DNA of 63,338 nucleotides, counting the filler, from Chiloscyllium plagiosum (taxonomy: Eukaryota), in NCBI RefSeq assembly GCF_004010195.1. It is 4 parts of one record of this genome, joined end to end, with 100 filler letters (N's around TTAATTAATTAA, not from the genome) between each part and the next. Parts side by side here need not be neighbours in the genome. Positions count along the whole stretch, not along the records: positions 1 to 28,230 come from NC_057716.1; positions 28,331 to 40,959 come from NC_057716.1; 2 more parts are not named here. One strand, 5' to 3'. Shown here piece by piece: positions 23,937 through 34,879 of the stretch (positions within the stretch are counted from its first letter, which is position 1; each line of letters opens with the position of its first letter). A program made the translations under genes and the position numbers. The notes beneath the pieces were generated by a model. It saw only the letters and a program-made list of their open reading frames with translations, had not been told where the DNA came from and did not search any database.

Positions 23937-24638
23937 AACCTCAGGTCAGGCAGCATCTGAGGAGCAGGGAAAATCAATGTTTAAAAAAAAACAGAAAAGA
24001 CAAAAAAATAAACAGGAGGGTCCCCTCCAACTCTATTTTGATTTAATCCCTGCCCTCCCCTTCACTGTTTGATCACACAGCATTGCCCTTTTGTTAAGAG
24101 CACTGCTTGTCACTGGCCACCCGGGTGTTTTCCTATCTTCCTGGTGGTGGAAATTGAATAAAGATTCGTGCACTGTGTGTCTCTCACTGTGTCTCACACC
24201 TGCACACACACACCATGGGTGCTGGGGAAAAAAATAAGCACTACCGCAGTTAGGCGGTAGTGTGGGGGTTAAGAAAAGAAAAAAAAGAAAAAAAAAGAAA
24301 AAAAATAAAGAGGAGGGTCAGGATTTGAGGTTATAAGAAAATAGAACATAGAACATAGAACAAAACAGAGTATGTGTGTCGTCATTTCCCTGAAAAGTTG
24401 AACGGTGGGGTTCAGGGCTTGGCTTTGCTGCCTCTCTCCCTTGTAAAATTGCTGTTTCTCTGTATACAGCTGTCAATGTTAATTATTTTGTAAACTGTAT
24501 TGTTTAATAAAATACCACATAAACAGGAGTGTCAGAGGTTCTGTTCAGTCTGAGAGCTGGCTCAGTGTCATGTACAAATGTATGTGTAAATAAAGGATTA
24601 TCTGGTGATGGGATACGGTCCTTTGTGGAGTCATTTCG

Positions 24639-24950
24639 GTGGTGACGAGAGAAAAACACGCCTCTGAAGAGATTCACTTGCAACAATCATTTTGAGTTGA
24701 GGGTCAGCATTTCCGGCATCATGCCATTATTTATGAAGTTTGGCTGGGCCCAGCCTGTGGAAAGAATGCAACACTTTTTCCAGGTAAATGACATAGGGGC
24801 GATGGAAAGCAATGAGGAATTCTCCTGACAGCTTGTGATCCCGTGGCTTTTTTGGTTATTTGGAACCTAACTTTCCCTGAGGCACCAGATTCTAAAACCT
24901 TTCAAGAGTTGATGGAATTAATTAAAGAATATTATGACCCCAAACCTCCC
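24639..24950 (+). pseudogene. Gypsy PBS/leader and decayed gag 5' end
   Basis: ATG at 24721: MPLF...WAQPVERMQHFFQVNDIG...ILLTAC...KEYYDPKPP, with frameshifts. Confidence 0.7.
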
Positions 24951-24954
24951 TGGA

Positions 24955-25355
24955 TCCCCTTCAAGACCAGCACATCCTTCCTTAGATACAGGGAACATGA
25001 TATTCCAAATACTGTCTGACCAGAGCCTTATACAACCTCAGCATTATATCTCTGCTTCCATTCTAGCCCTCTTGAAATTAATGTTAACATTGCATTTGTC
25101 TTCCTAATTACCAGCTGAACCTGCATGTTAACCTGAAGAGAATCCTGAACGAGGACTCCCAGGACCCTCAGTGCTTCAGAGGTTTGAAGCCCTTTCCCAC
25201 TTAGAAAACAGCCGAAGCCTCTATTCCTCCTACCAAAGTATATAACCTTATACTTTCCCACGTTGCATTTCATCTGTCACTTCTTTGCCCACTCTCCTAG
25301 CTGTTCAAGTTCTCCTCAGCCTCCCCACTTCCTCAACACTCTCTGTCCCTCCACC
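24955..25355 (-). mobile_element. CR1 RT fragment
   Basis: Minus ORF NVGKYKVIYFG...LGVLVQDSL...RKTNAML. Confidence 0.8.
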
Positions 25356-26932
25356 NNNNNNNNNNNNNNNNNNNNNNNNNNNNNNNNNNNNNNNNNNNNN
25401 NNNNNNNNNNNNNNNNNNNNNNNNNNNNNNNNNNNNNNNNNNNNNNNNNNNNNNNNNNNNNNNNNNNNNNNNNNNNNNNNNNNNNNNNNNNNNNNNNNNN
25501 NNNNNNNNNNNNNNNNNNNNNNNNNNNNNNNNNNNNNNNNNNNNNNNNNNNNNNNNNNNNNNNNNNNNNNNNNNNNNNNNNNNNNNNNNNNNNNNNNNNN
25601 NNNNNNNNNNNNNNNNNNNNNNNNNNNNNNNNNNNNNNNNNNNNNNNNNNNNNNNNNNNNNNNNNNNNNNNNNNNNNNNNNNNNNNNNNNNNNNNNNNNN
25701 NNNNNNNNNNNNNNNNNNNNNNNNNNNNNNNNNNNNNNNNNNNNNNNNNNNNNNNNNNNNNNNNNNNNNNNNNNNNNNNNNNNNNNNNNNNNNNNNNNNN
25801 NNNNNNNNNNNNNNNNNNNNNNNNNNNNNNNNNNNNNNNNNNNNNNNNNNNNNNNTTCAAATCTCTCTCTCATCCCAGGAATCAGATCCATCCAACAATA
25901 ACTCAATTTCTAATCTCTCGTCCTCCAAATCCATTCCAATCTTGGTAGTCTCTTCCAGCACCACACAACATTCTCCGTTCTCTAAACTCCTTCACTTTCT
26001 CTTAATTCGGTCATGGAATGTGGGTGATGTTGACAAAGCCATTATTAATTGTCCATCCCTAACTTTTTTTCCCTTGAATGGAGTGTCTTGCAGGAACATT
26101 TCAGAGGGCAATTAAAAGTCAGCTCTGTTGCTAATGGCCTGGAGTTACACGTAGGCCAGACCAGGCAAGGATGGCAGATTTTGTTTGTTACTCACTCATG
26201 AGGCATCAGCATCACTGGCTGGGCCCGGCATTTATCGCCTGTCCCTAGTTGCCCCTTGAGAAGGTGGGGGTGAACTGCCTTGTTGAACCGTTGCAGTCCA
26301 TGTACCACACGTTGACCCACAATGCTCTCAAGGAAGGCTGACAATGTCGTCTTGGTTTTTGATTTCGCCACTCTGCCAGGTTTCGGCCTCCACCTTCCTT
26401 TACCCTGTGCTGTCGGTAGACCCACATGCCCTTAGGGAGGCAATTCCTTTGCTGAAGGACATTAGTGGCTCTTCATGATAATCAATAGTGGTTGTCATAA
26501 CTGAGAAAAATTTGCAATTCTAAGGGTTGGATTTGAACCTGTGACCCCTGCTGATTCCCCAAAGTGATCCAGAGGTGGGGAGGGGGTGGTGAGAGGGACT
26601 GGCAAGGTTCCTATTCACCTGAGGTATAAACCAATGAGGAATGGACAACAAATGTCAGGGCTGCCTTAATCTCATGAATGAATTTAAGAAGTATCAGATT
26701 GAGGTCTTATTGCAGAATATTAAAGGATTTGATAAGGTGGATAGAGAGGAACCATTCTCTCCGATGGGAGGCTGGAAGGGGAAGTGAGACTGTGTGTGTT
26801 GGTGAGTGCAGAACCTTAAAAATTGACCAAGGGCTGATGTCAGGAAGAACATGTTCACACAAAGGGGCAAAGGAAATCTGGAACTTTCTCCGTCATGAAA
26901 GGATCGGGGGAGGCTGGGGGTAAATGGAAATT

Positions 26933-27085
26933 CGACATTTCGGGCATGAGCCCTTCTTCAGGAATCAGGCTTATGCCTAAAACGTCGATTCTCCTGCTCC
27001 TTGGATGCTGCCTGACCTGCTGCGCTTTTCCAGCAACACATTTTTCAGCTCTGATCTCCAGCATCTGCAGTCCTCACTTTCTCCT
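26933..27085. mobile_element. Penelope-like fragment (family A) with hammerhead core and 14-bp TSD
   Basis: TSD ggtaaatggaaatt (26919 and 27086); minus-strand ctgaagaagggctcatgcccgaaa at ~26938-26961. Confidence 0.8.
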
Positions 27086-27539
27086 GGTAAATGGAAATTT
27101 CCAATAGTGAGGGGACAGTTCTGGTGAAGTGTAATAGGCCGGATTAATGAATAATGTCAGGGTAAACAATCCTCGAGGAAACCAGTATCATCAAAACAGG
27201 CAGCAAGCGTTGAAGCCCAAGTGAACATGGGCCCTTCAGAGAATGAGGCTGGGGAAACAATAATAGGAAGCAGGAGATGGCAGAAGAGGTCAATAAATAT
27301 CTTGCATCAGTCTTCACAGTGGAAGGCAGTAAAGGTATTCCAAAAATCTGCAATATTCCAGGACAGGAAAGAGATAAAGTAACTACCACTGCAATTGCAT
27401 ACAATTCTGGTCACCGCTTTATAGGAAGGATGTGGAATCTTTGGAAAGGGTTCAGAGGAGATTTACTAGGATGTTGCCTGGTATAGAGGGAAGGTCTAAT
27501 GAGGAAAGGCTGAGGGAAATTAAACTGTATTTATTAATT

Positions 27540-28230
27540 AAATGCAAGGGGAGGGAAGATGAACTCAGGGCATGGTTAGGAACATGGGACTGGGATATTG
27601 TAGCAATTACAGAAACATGGCTCAGGGATGGGCAGGACTGGCAGCTTACTGTTCCAGGACACAAATGCAACAGGAAGGATAGAAAGGGAGGCAAGAGAGG
27701 AGGGGGAGTGGCGTTTTTGATAAGGGACAGCATTACAGCTGTGCTGAGGGAGGATATTCCCGGAAATACATCCAGGGAAGTTATTTGGGTGGAACTGAGA
27801 AAGAAGAAAGGGATGATCAGCTTATTGAGATTGTATTATAGACCCCCCCAATAGTCAGAGGGAAATTGAGAAACAAACTTGTAAGGAGATCTCAGCTATC
27901 TGTAAGAATAATAGGCTGGTTATGGTAGGGGATTTTAACTTTCCAAACATCGACTGGGACTGCCATAATGTTAAGGGTTTAGATGGAGAGGACAAGTGTG
28001 TACAAGACAATTTTCTGATTCTGTATGTGGATGTACCTACTAGAGAAAGTGCAAAACTTGACCTACTCTTGGGAAATAAGGTAGGGCAGGTGACTGAGGT
28101 GTCAGTGGGGGAGCCCTTTGGGGCCAGCGACCATAATTCTATTCGTTTTAAAATAGTGATGGAAGAGGATAGACCAGATCTAAAAGTTGAAGTTCTAAAT
28201 TGGAGAAAGGCCAATTTTGATGGTATTAGG
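27540..28230 (+). mobile_element. CR1 AP-endonuclease region
   Basis: Highly similar to 2913-3610 (ITETWL, YYRPP, GDFNFP, SDHN). Confidence 0.9.
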
Positions 28231-28330
28231 NNNNNNNNNNNNNNNNNNNNNNNNNNNNNNNNNNNNNNNNNNNNTTAATTAATTAANNNNNNNNNNNNNN
28301 NNNNNNNNNNNNNNNNNNNNNNNNNNNNNN
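28231..28330. other. Artificial contig-joining spacer
   Basis: N44-TTAATTAATTAA-N44, 100 nt, with stops in all six frames. Confidence 0.9.
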
Positions 28331-28986
28331 CCGGGACTCCCTCCCCCTCACACTGCTCCGGGATTCCCTACCCCTCTCCCTGCTCCAGGACTCCTTACCC
28401 CTCTCCCTGCCCCGGGACTCCCTCCCCCTCACACTGCTCCGGGATTCCCTACCCCTCTCCCTGCTCCAGGACTCCTTACCCCTCTCCCTGCCCCGGGACT
28501 CCCTCCCCCTCACACTGCTCCGGGATTCCCTACCCCTCTCCCTGCTCCGGGACTCCCTACCCCTCTCCCTGCCCCGGGACTCCCTCCCCCTCACACTGCG
28601 CCGGGACTCCCTCCCCCTCACACTGCTCCGGGACTCCCTCCCCCTCACACTGCGCCGGGACTCCCTCCCTCTCACACTGCTCCCGGACTCCCTCCCCCTC
28701 ACACTGCGCTGGGACTCCCTACCCCTCACACTGCGCCGGGACTCCCTACCCCTCACACTGCTCCGGGATTCCTTACCCCTCTCCCTGCCCCGGTACTCCC
28801 TCCCCCTCACACTGCTCCGGGACTCCCTCCCCCTCTCCCTGCTCCGGGTCTCCCTCCCCCTCACACTGCTCCGGGACTCCCTCCCCCTCTCCCTGCTCCG
28901 GGACTCCCTCCCCCTCTCCCTGCTCCGGGACTCCCTACCCCTCACACTGCTCCGGGACTCCCTACCCCTCACACTGCGCCGGGACT
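28331..28986. repeat. 27-bp C-rich minisatellite (~24 copies)
   Basis: Unit ccgggactccctccccctcacactgct. Confidence 0.95.
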
Positions 28987-30099
28987 GCTAAAAAAAGAGG
29001 AGAAAAAGAAAAGAAAGAGTAAGACTGGGCAGAGCAGAGGAGCTCTGGGGTGGAAATCCAACATTTATGCTGCATGAGAATAATTATTCGATTAGCAAAT
29101 GGACTCAGCTTGGTAAAGGCATTTTAATAGACAATGTGTCAGGTAATGAGGATTGAAAGTTCACTGCCAAGCTTTGTTTAAATTGTAATGTTGACTATAA
29201 TTTGTTGAGGCATTGCGCTGAGAATTGAACTAGCAAATGGCTGTTACCTGGCACGTCGATTCTCCTGCTCCTTGGATGCTGCCTGACCTGCTGCGCTTTT
29301 CCAGCAACACATTTTTAAGCTCTGATCTCCAGCATCTGCATGAACATATTCTTTCAATCCACAGTGAAACAGGGTCCTGTACATTCATATGTGAAGCCTC
29401 CAGTCTTTATGGAAGTACCAGGTGGTGTCTTTATTTTCTTGTCAGTGTAATTCTTTGCCCATTTAGGATCACCCTGAAAAAAATTGTTCAGTTGCAAAAT
29501 CTGATGTTAGACACTATGGTTTGGGTTGTGCGAGCACAGTCTGGTTGCAACCATCGAGACTTGATGGGCTGAACGGCCTTCCTTCTGTTCCTTCATCATG
29601 TGGTGTAAAAACCAAGAGGGCAAAGGTTGGCAGGTGGAGGTTAAAATTGTCTGGGAGCTGGACGTCATCAATACTCAATGATGTTGCAATTCCAACGTGA
29701 ATGTGCAAGGACCTCTGCCCCTCCACATTTATATCTGTAACGTTCAGAATTTTGTTTAAAAAAAACACACGCTGTTGATCAAAGGATGACATTAATATGT
29801 TGTAAAAATAGCTCAGGACAGAGCAGCCCAAGAGCTATTTACACCCCACAGGGGGTGCAGCTGAGTCTGTCAATTAAAGACATCAGCTCAGTGTACATGA
29901 AACAGCAGGCAGTAACTCTGACCCACTCAGAGATAGCTCACACCAACGTGTCAGGCACCTTCACTTAACCTGCTGCACATGTTCCAGAAAGTTCCATGCG
30001 ATACCTCGCACATGGACTGCAGCAGGTCAAGGCAACTTACCTTCTCCAGGATAATCCTGGACGAGCAATAAATGCTGACCCAGCCAGCGATGTCTACAT

Positions 30100-30224
30100 G
30101 AGCTGAAAAATGTGTTGCTGGAAAAGCGCAGCAGGTCCGGCAGCATCCAAGGAGCAGGAGAATCGACGTTTCGGGCACATTTTTCAGCTCTGATCTCCAG
30201 CATCTGCAGTCCTCACTTTCTCCT
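30100..30224. mobile_element. Penelope-like fragment (family A) with 14-bp TSD
   Basis: TSD agcgatgtctacat (30086) / agcgacgtctacat (30225). Confidence 0.8.
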
Positions 30225-30569
30225 AGCGACGTCTACATCCCATGAATGATCATATTAAAAAACAGTAGGCTATTCAGCCCCCACACCCCTCTCTGCTGGG
30301 GGTATTGATGGAGACAGGTAGGAGGCTGGGGGAACACAGCAAGCCAGGCAGCATCAGGAGGTGGAAAAGTCGACGTTTCACGTGTAACCCTTCTTCAGGC
30401 GTGTTTATGTTACATACTGGCCTCTTCGGGTTCTCCTTCACCTCAATCCTTCTCCTCCCTGTGTTTATGCAGCTTCCCCTTAAATCCATTCTGTTTGACC
30501 ACTCACCAAGTTCCATATACTCCCCACTCTCTGGGTAAAGAATTTTCTTTCATTTGAAGTGTGTTCATT

Positions 30570-31030
30570 TCTAGTCTCCCTCCTATCGGAAAGATGTTGT
30601 GAGACCTGAAAGGGTTCAGAAAAGATTTACAAGGATGTTGCCAGGTTGAAGTATTTAGCTATAGGGAGAGGCTAAACAGGATGGGGTTGTTTTCCCTGGA
30701 GCGTCAGAGGCTGAGGGGTGACCTTATAGAGGGGCATGGATAGGGTAAATAGACAAGGTCTTTCGGCTGAGGTGGGGGAGTCCAGAACTAGAGGGCATAG
30801 GTTCAGAATGAGAGGGGAACGATATAAAAGAGACCAAAGGGACAACTTTTTCACACAGAGGGTGGTACGTGTATGGAATGAGTTGCCAGAGGAAGAGTGG
30901 TAGATCCATGTACAGCTAAAACATTTAAAACTCATTTGGACAAACATATGGATGGGAAACATTTAGATGCATATGGGCCAAATGAAAGCAGATGGGACTA
31001 GCTTAATTTGGAAAACCTGGCCAGCATGGA
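30570..31030 (+). mobile_element. CR1 3' fragment
   Basis: Matches 5000-5470. Confidence 0.85.
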
Positions 31031-32337
31031 CATTCAGAAAAGCTTCACGCAGATTGAGTGAGGTTGTGTGAAAGATAAATTATATTTTGCCCTGTAAAAT
31101 CATGCAAAGTACTTCTGGAGATGCCTGGGAAAGTAACAAGCGGATTTGATAAAGGGGATCTTTTAGACACCAGGCTTTCCAGAGTTGGTGGAATTTAAAA
31201 TCCATCAATAAAATCTGGAAAGTTAGCTGTCAATAATCATCATTATGAAATCACTGTCGTAAAGACTTATCAGGTTTACTTTAGGGAAGGAAATCTGTCG
31301 TCCTTACGCAGTCTGGCCTACACGTGACTCCAGACCCACAGCCAACGGGGTTACTTCTTAACTGCCCTCTGAAATGGCCGAGCGTGAAACTCAATCGAGG
31401 GGTAATGAGCAACGCACACCCAATGATGGCCTGTCAGTGATGCCCACAGGAAAGAGTACAGAGGATCTGAGAGACTCCTTGCTCCTGTCAGTGTCCCACC
31501 TTCAGCCCTGCAGGCTTTTCTGTGCAATGTAGGTTTCCATCCAGAATCACCTCCTTCTCCCCAGCTCCCTGCTTCAGACTGAGCTGTGTCAGCATCGCAG
31601 GTTAATATCCGTATTCCAATGACATTGCTCGAATTAGGGTCAGCAGCTGAGATGCTAGTCCCCAGAATAAAAACTTATCAATGGAAATAATCAAAATGAT
31701 TATAAGTGCAGGGGCTGTGGTTATTTCCCGATGTCTTTTTGTGATGTGGATTCCAGCCTCAGGCTGTGCTTATTTGACCAAATCAGATAAACTCAGATAG
31801 CAGCAATGAGAAGCTTCAAGGTCCAGTGCATTTTACAGTCGTGTTAATCAGTCTCCACTACATTTCAATGCAGCAAATATAAAGAATCTCCTTTGAATTA
31901 ATTTATTCTCCAGTTGTTCATCCGGATTCAACAGTGCGCATGAATAAGGAAATCAGCGCTGTTTAAGATCAGACTTGAAGGGGAAAGAGGCAAGACTGAA
32001 AGATAAGATGCTGATTGATGAACAGAACAATACCTTCCCACTTCAAACAGAACTCCTCCTGATTCTCTACAATCAGAAACAAAAGACTTTCTTCTTTCTT
32101 CTAGTACTGTGAACAACCGTGGGACGTCCCCACAGCACTTTACCGCCAATTAAGTGATGTCATCGATGTTGTAATGTAGGCAAACATGACAGCCAATTTC
32201 CACACAGCCAGCTCCCACTGATGCAATGATGGGACAGTGACCAGAGGTGTTCTCTGAGGAGTTAACATTTACCGAGGCACTGGTCTCCCTCGTCATTCTC
32301 GAATAGTGAGGCATCTGTTCAATATTTTGTTTGAAAG

Positions 32338-32458
32338 TTAAAGATCACGCAACACCAGGTTATAGTCCAACAGGTTTAATTGGAAGCACTAGCTTTCGGA
32401 GCGCTGCTCCTTCATCAGGTGGTTGTGGAGTATAAGATTGCAAGACACAGAATTTATA
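32338..32458 (-). mobile_element. Penelope-like fragment (family B)
   Basis: Same sequence as the 8254 arm; flanked by gtttgaaag (32329 and 32459). Confidence 0.8.
32387..32421 (-). ncRNA. Minimal type I hammerhead ribozyme
   Basis: Reverse complement reads CAC-CUGAUGA-A-GGAGC(AGC)GCUCC-GAAA-GC-UA-GUG. Confidence 0.85.
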
Positions 32459-33294
32459 GTTTGAAAGACAGTGCCTGTGACTGTGCAGCAGTCCTTCAGC
32501 TCAACACTGGGTGAACCAGCTTGGATCCTGTGCTGGGGATGTTTGAGAGGGATAAACAGCATTTCAGTGCAATCAGAGTAGTTGCTGACTGGGTACTTAG
32601 TAAGCTACAACAGCTTTGCAGAGTGCCTTATATTTAGAATTTGGGTATGTGCTAAACTGGGCTGACTGATGTGTTTGCAATCATTCAACCTTGGGGTAAA
32701 TCATCAGAGATTTATAGAATACAGTGAACTATTTTGCTGTTAATCAATTTTAATCTTCCACCAAAACACTTTGGAGACCAGGGTTGGAAAAGGAAGGATC
32801 TGGAGCAGGGATGGAGGAGTGGATTTGAGGTATAGATCAGTCCGAATCGAATTAACTGCTGAAAAGGACTCAAGGGAATGGACTAACTCCCTGTTGATAC
32901 TCTGTTCCTAATGACTCTTTCTGATGAATAGTCACTGATAATGAAATCAGAACTGAGCTGGGTCAAAGGTCAGAACAGGCCCTTTGGCTCAACTCTTCCA
33001 TACTGGCTTTAAGATGAGCATCCTCAATCAATGCTTCACTGAATTCTGTAACATGCCTGTTCTTCTCCCAGATTTCAAGATGTACAACACGGAAACAGAC
33101 CCTTCGGTCCAACTCATCCATGCCGACCAGATATCCCTAATCTAGTCCCATTTGCCAGCACTTGCCCCTTACCCTTCCAAACACTTCCTATTCATATACC
33201 CTCTCCAGTCTCCATTTAAAACAGCTATTAGATGCATCTAGTCCTGTGTTAGCTGGTTACACAGTCTCACCACTCTGATGGGGGCAGGGTAGGT

Positions 33295-34510
33295 GCCTAG
33301 ACTGATCCCAGGTACAGAGGTGGAGAAAGCGAGGACTGCAGATGCTGGAGATCAGAGTCAAAACGTGTGGTGCTGGAAAAGCGCAGCAGGTCAGGCAGTA
33401 TCCGAGGAGCAGGAGAGTTTATGCTCGAAACATCAACTCTCCTGCCCTTCGGATGCTGCCGGATGGGCTGTGCTTTTCCAGCACCACACATTTTGATCCA
33501 GGTATGGAAGTACTGCCTTATGAGGACAGGTTGAGTGAATTGGGCCTGTGTTCATTGGGGTTTATAAGAATGACAGGTTGCCTTATTGAAACATACAAGA
33601 TTCTTCAGGCACAGAAACAGAGGTTGCTGGAAAAACTCAGCAGGTCTGGCAGCATCTGGGAAAATAAATCAAGGCTAATGTTTCGGATCTGGTATTCTGA
33701 GGAAGGGTCAATGGACCTGAAATGTAAACTCTGATTTCTCTTCACAGGTGCTGCCAGACCTGCTGAGCTTTTCCAGGAACTTCTGTTTTTGTTCCTAATT
33801 TACAGCATCTGCAGCGCGGTGGCTCAGTGGTTAGCACTGCTGCCTCACAGCACAGGGATCCAGGTTCAATTCCTGCCTCAGGCAACTGTCTGTGTAGAGT
33901 TTGCACATTCTCCCCGTGGGTTTCCTCCCACAGTCCAAAAATATGCAGGTCAGGTGACTTGGCCAAGCTAAATTGCCCGTAGTGTTAGGTGTAGAGGGGT
34001 GGGTTGCTCTTTGGAGGGTCGGTGTGGACTTGTTTGGCTGAAGGGCCTGTTTCCACACAGTAATCTGGTTTTTATTAAGATTCTTCAGGGACTTGACAGT
34101 GTTAATGTGGAGGGGCTGTTACTCTTTATGGGACCAGAGGGAATCAGCTCGGGGTGGGGTAGGGGTCACACATTTATGACAGAGATCAGGAGGAATTTAT
34201 TTTCTCAGAGGGGAGTGAGTCTCATAGAATTCCTGCTGTGTGGAAGCAAGCCATTTGGCCCATTCCGTCCACGCTGACCCTCCCAAAGGAGTCTATGAAA
34301 TTCTTTCCCACTGAGGGCTGTCGAGGCTGGGTCGTTACATTTATTCAAGGCTGAGATAAACAGATTTTTAATCAGTAAGAGAATTGAGGGTTATGGGGAA
34401 ATTGCAGGAAAATGGAGTTGAGGATTCTCGGCTCAGCCATTTTCTCATTTGAATGTAGGAGCAGTTTCGATGGGCTGATTGGCCGACCTCTGCTCCTGTG
34501 TCTTGTGATT
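33295..34510 (+). mobile_element. CR1 3' fragment with nested Penelope-like fragments (33322-33497, 33610-34076) and an HE1 SINE (33811-34066)
   Basis: CR1 YEDRLSELGL motif; TSD aagattcttcagg (33597 and 34077) brackets the PLE plus SINE. Confidence 0.8.
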
Positions 34511-34879
34511 CCCAACTGGCTGTAGCAGTGGGCTGAAATGTGTAAAGTTTTACAGGGACTTGTTTGGGTAGACACTGAGAGATTGTTTCCCCACCTACCC
34601 CTCCCCCGACTGGGGAATCTAGAACATTCTCAGGGTCAGGGTGTGGCCATTGCAAAGTGAGAAGAGCAGTAAGCAATGTGTTCACTCTAAGCGTTGTGAA
34701 TTTTGGGATCTCTCTGTCCGGGAGAGCTGATCGTCCTCAGCTGTTGTGTATGTTCAAGGTTGAGATTGAGAGATTTCTGACTCGGAAGAGAATAAGGAAG
34801 TGATCTTCTGATAAAGATTTACCCTTGACTGGTTTGGGTGACAGAGCAGACTGAGGGACTGGATGGAGTCCTAGACACA

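Larger units (their letters stand above)
21141..24529 (+). mobile_element. Tandem array of 5'-truncated poly(A) retro-inserts (Tx1-like), each bounded by ATAAACAGGAG
   Basis: Exact target at 21141, 21200, 21248, 21296, 22266, 22297, 22851, 23094, 23124, 23472, 23605, 24008 and 24519, plus about 8 variants, mostly preceded by A-tracts. Confidence 0.85.
21039..24638 (+). mobile_element. Gypsy 5' LTR split by an insertion array at its TATA-like motif
   Basis: Starts TGT; CCAAT at ~21114; tataaacaggag at 21140; resumes at 24519; AATAAA at ~24589; followed by PBS-like gtggtgacgag (24639) and gag. A homologous uninterrupted piece lies at 38862-38930. Confidence 0.8.

Noticed and set aside
21141..24529. 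True CRISPR array
   Set aside because: The repeat is only 11 bp, and the inserts vary widely in length and carry poly(A) tails. Target-site duplication explains the pattern.
28275..28286. TTAATTAATTAA as a biological motif (piggyBac TTAA target or PacI site)
   Set aside because: It is always centred in 44+44 Ns, so it is an assembly linker.
28283..28972. RS/RE-rich 229-aa ORF resembling an SR protein
   Set aside because: It is the translation of the 27-bp minisatellite.
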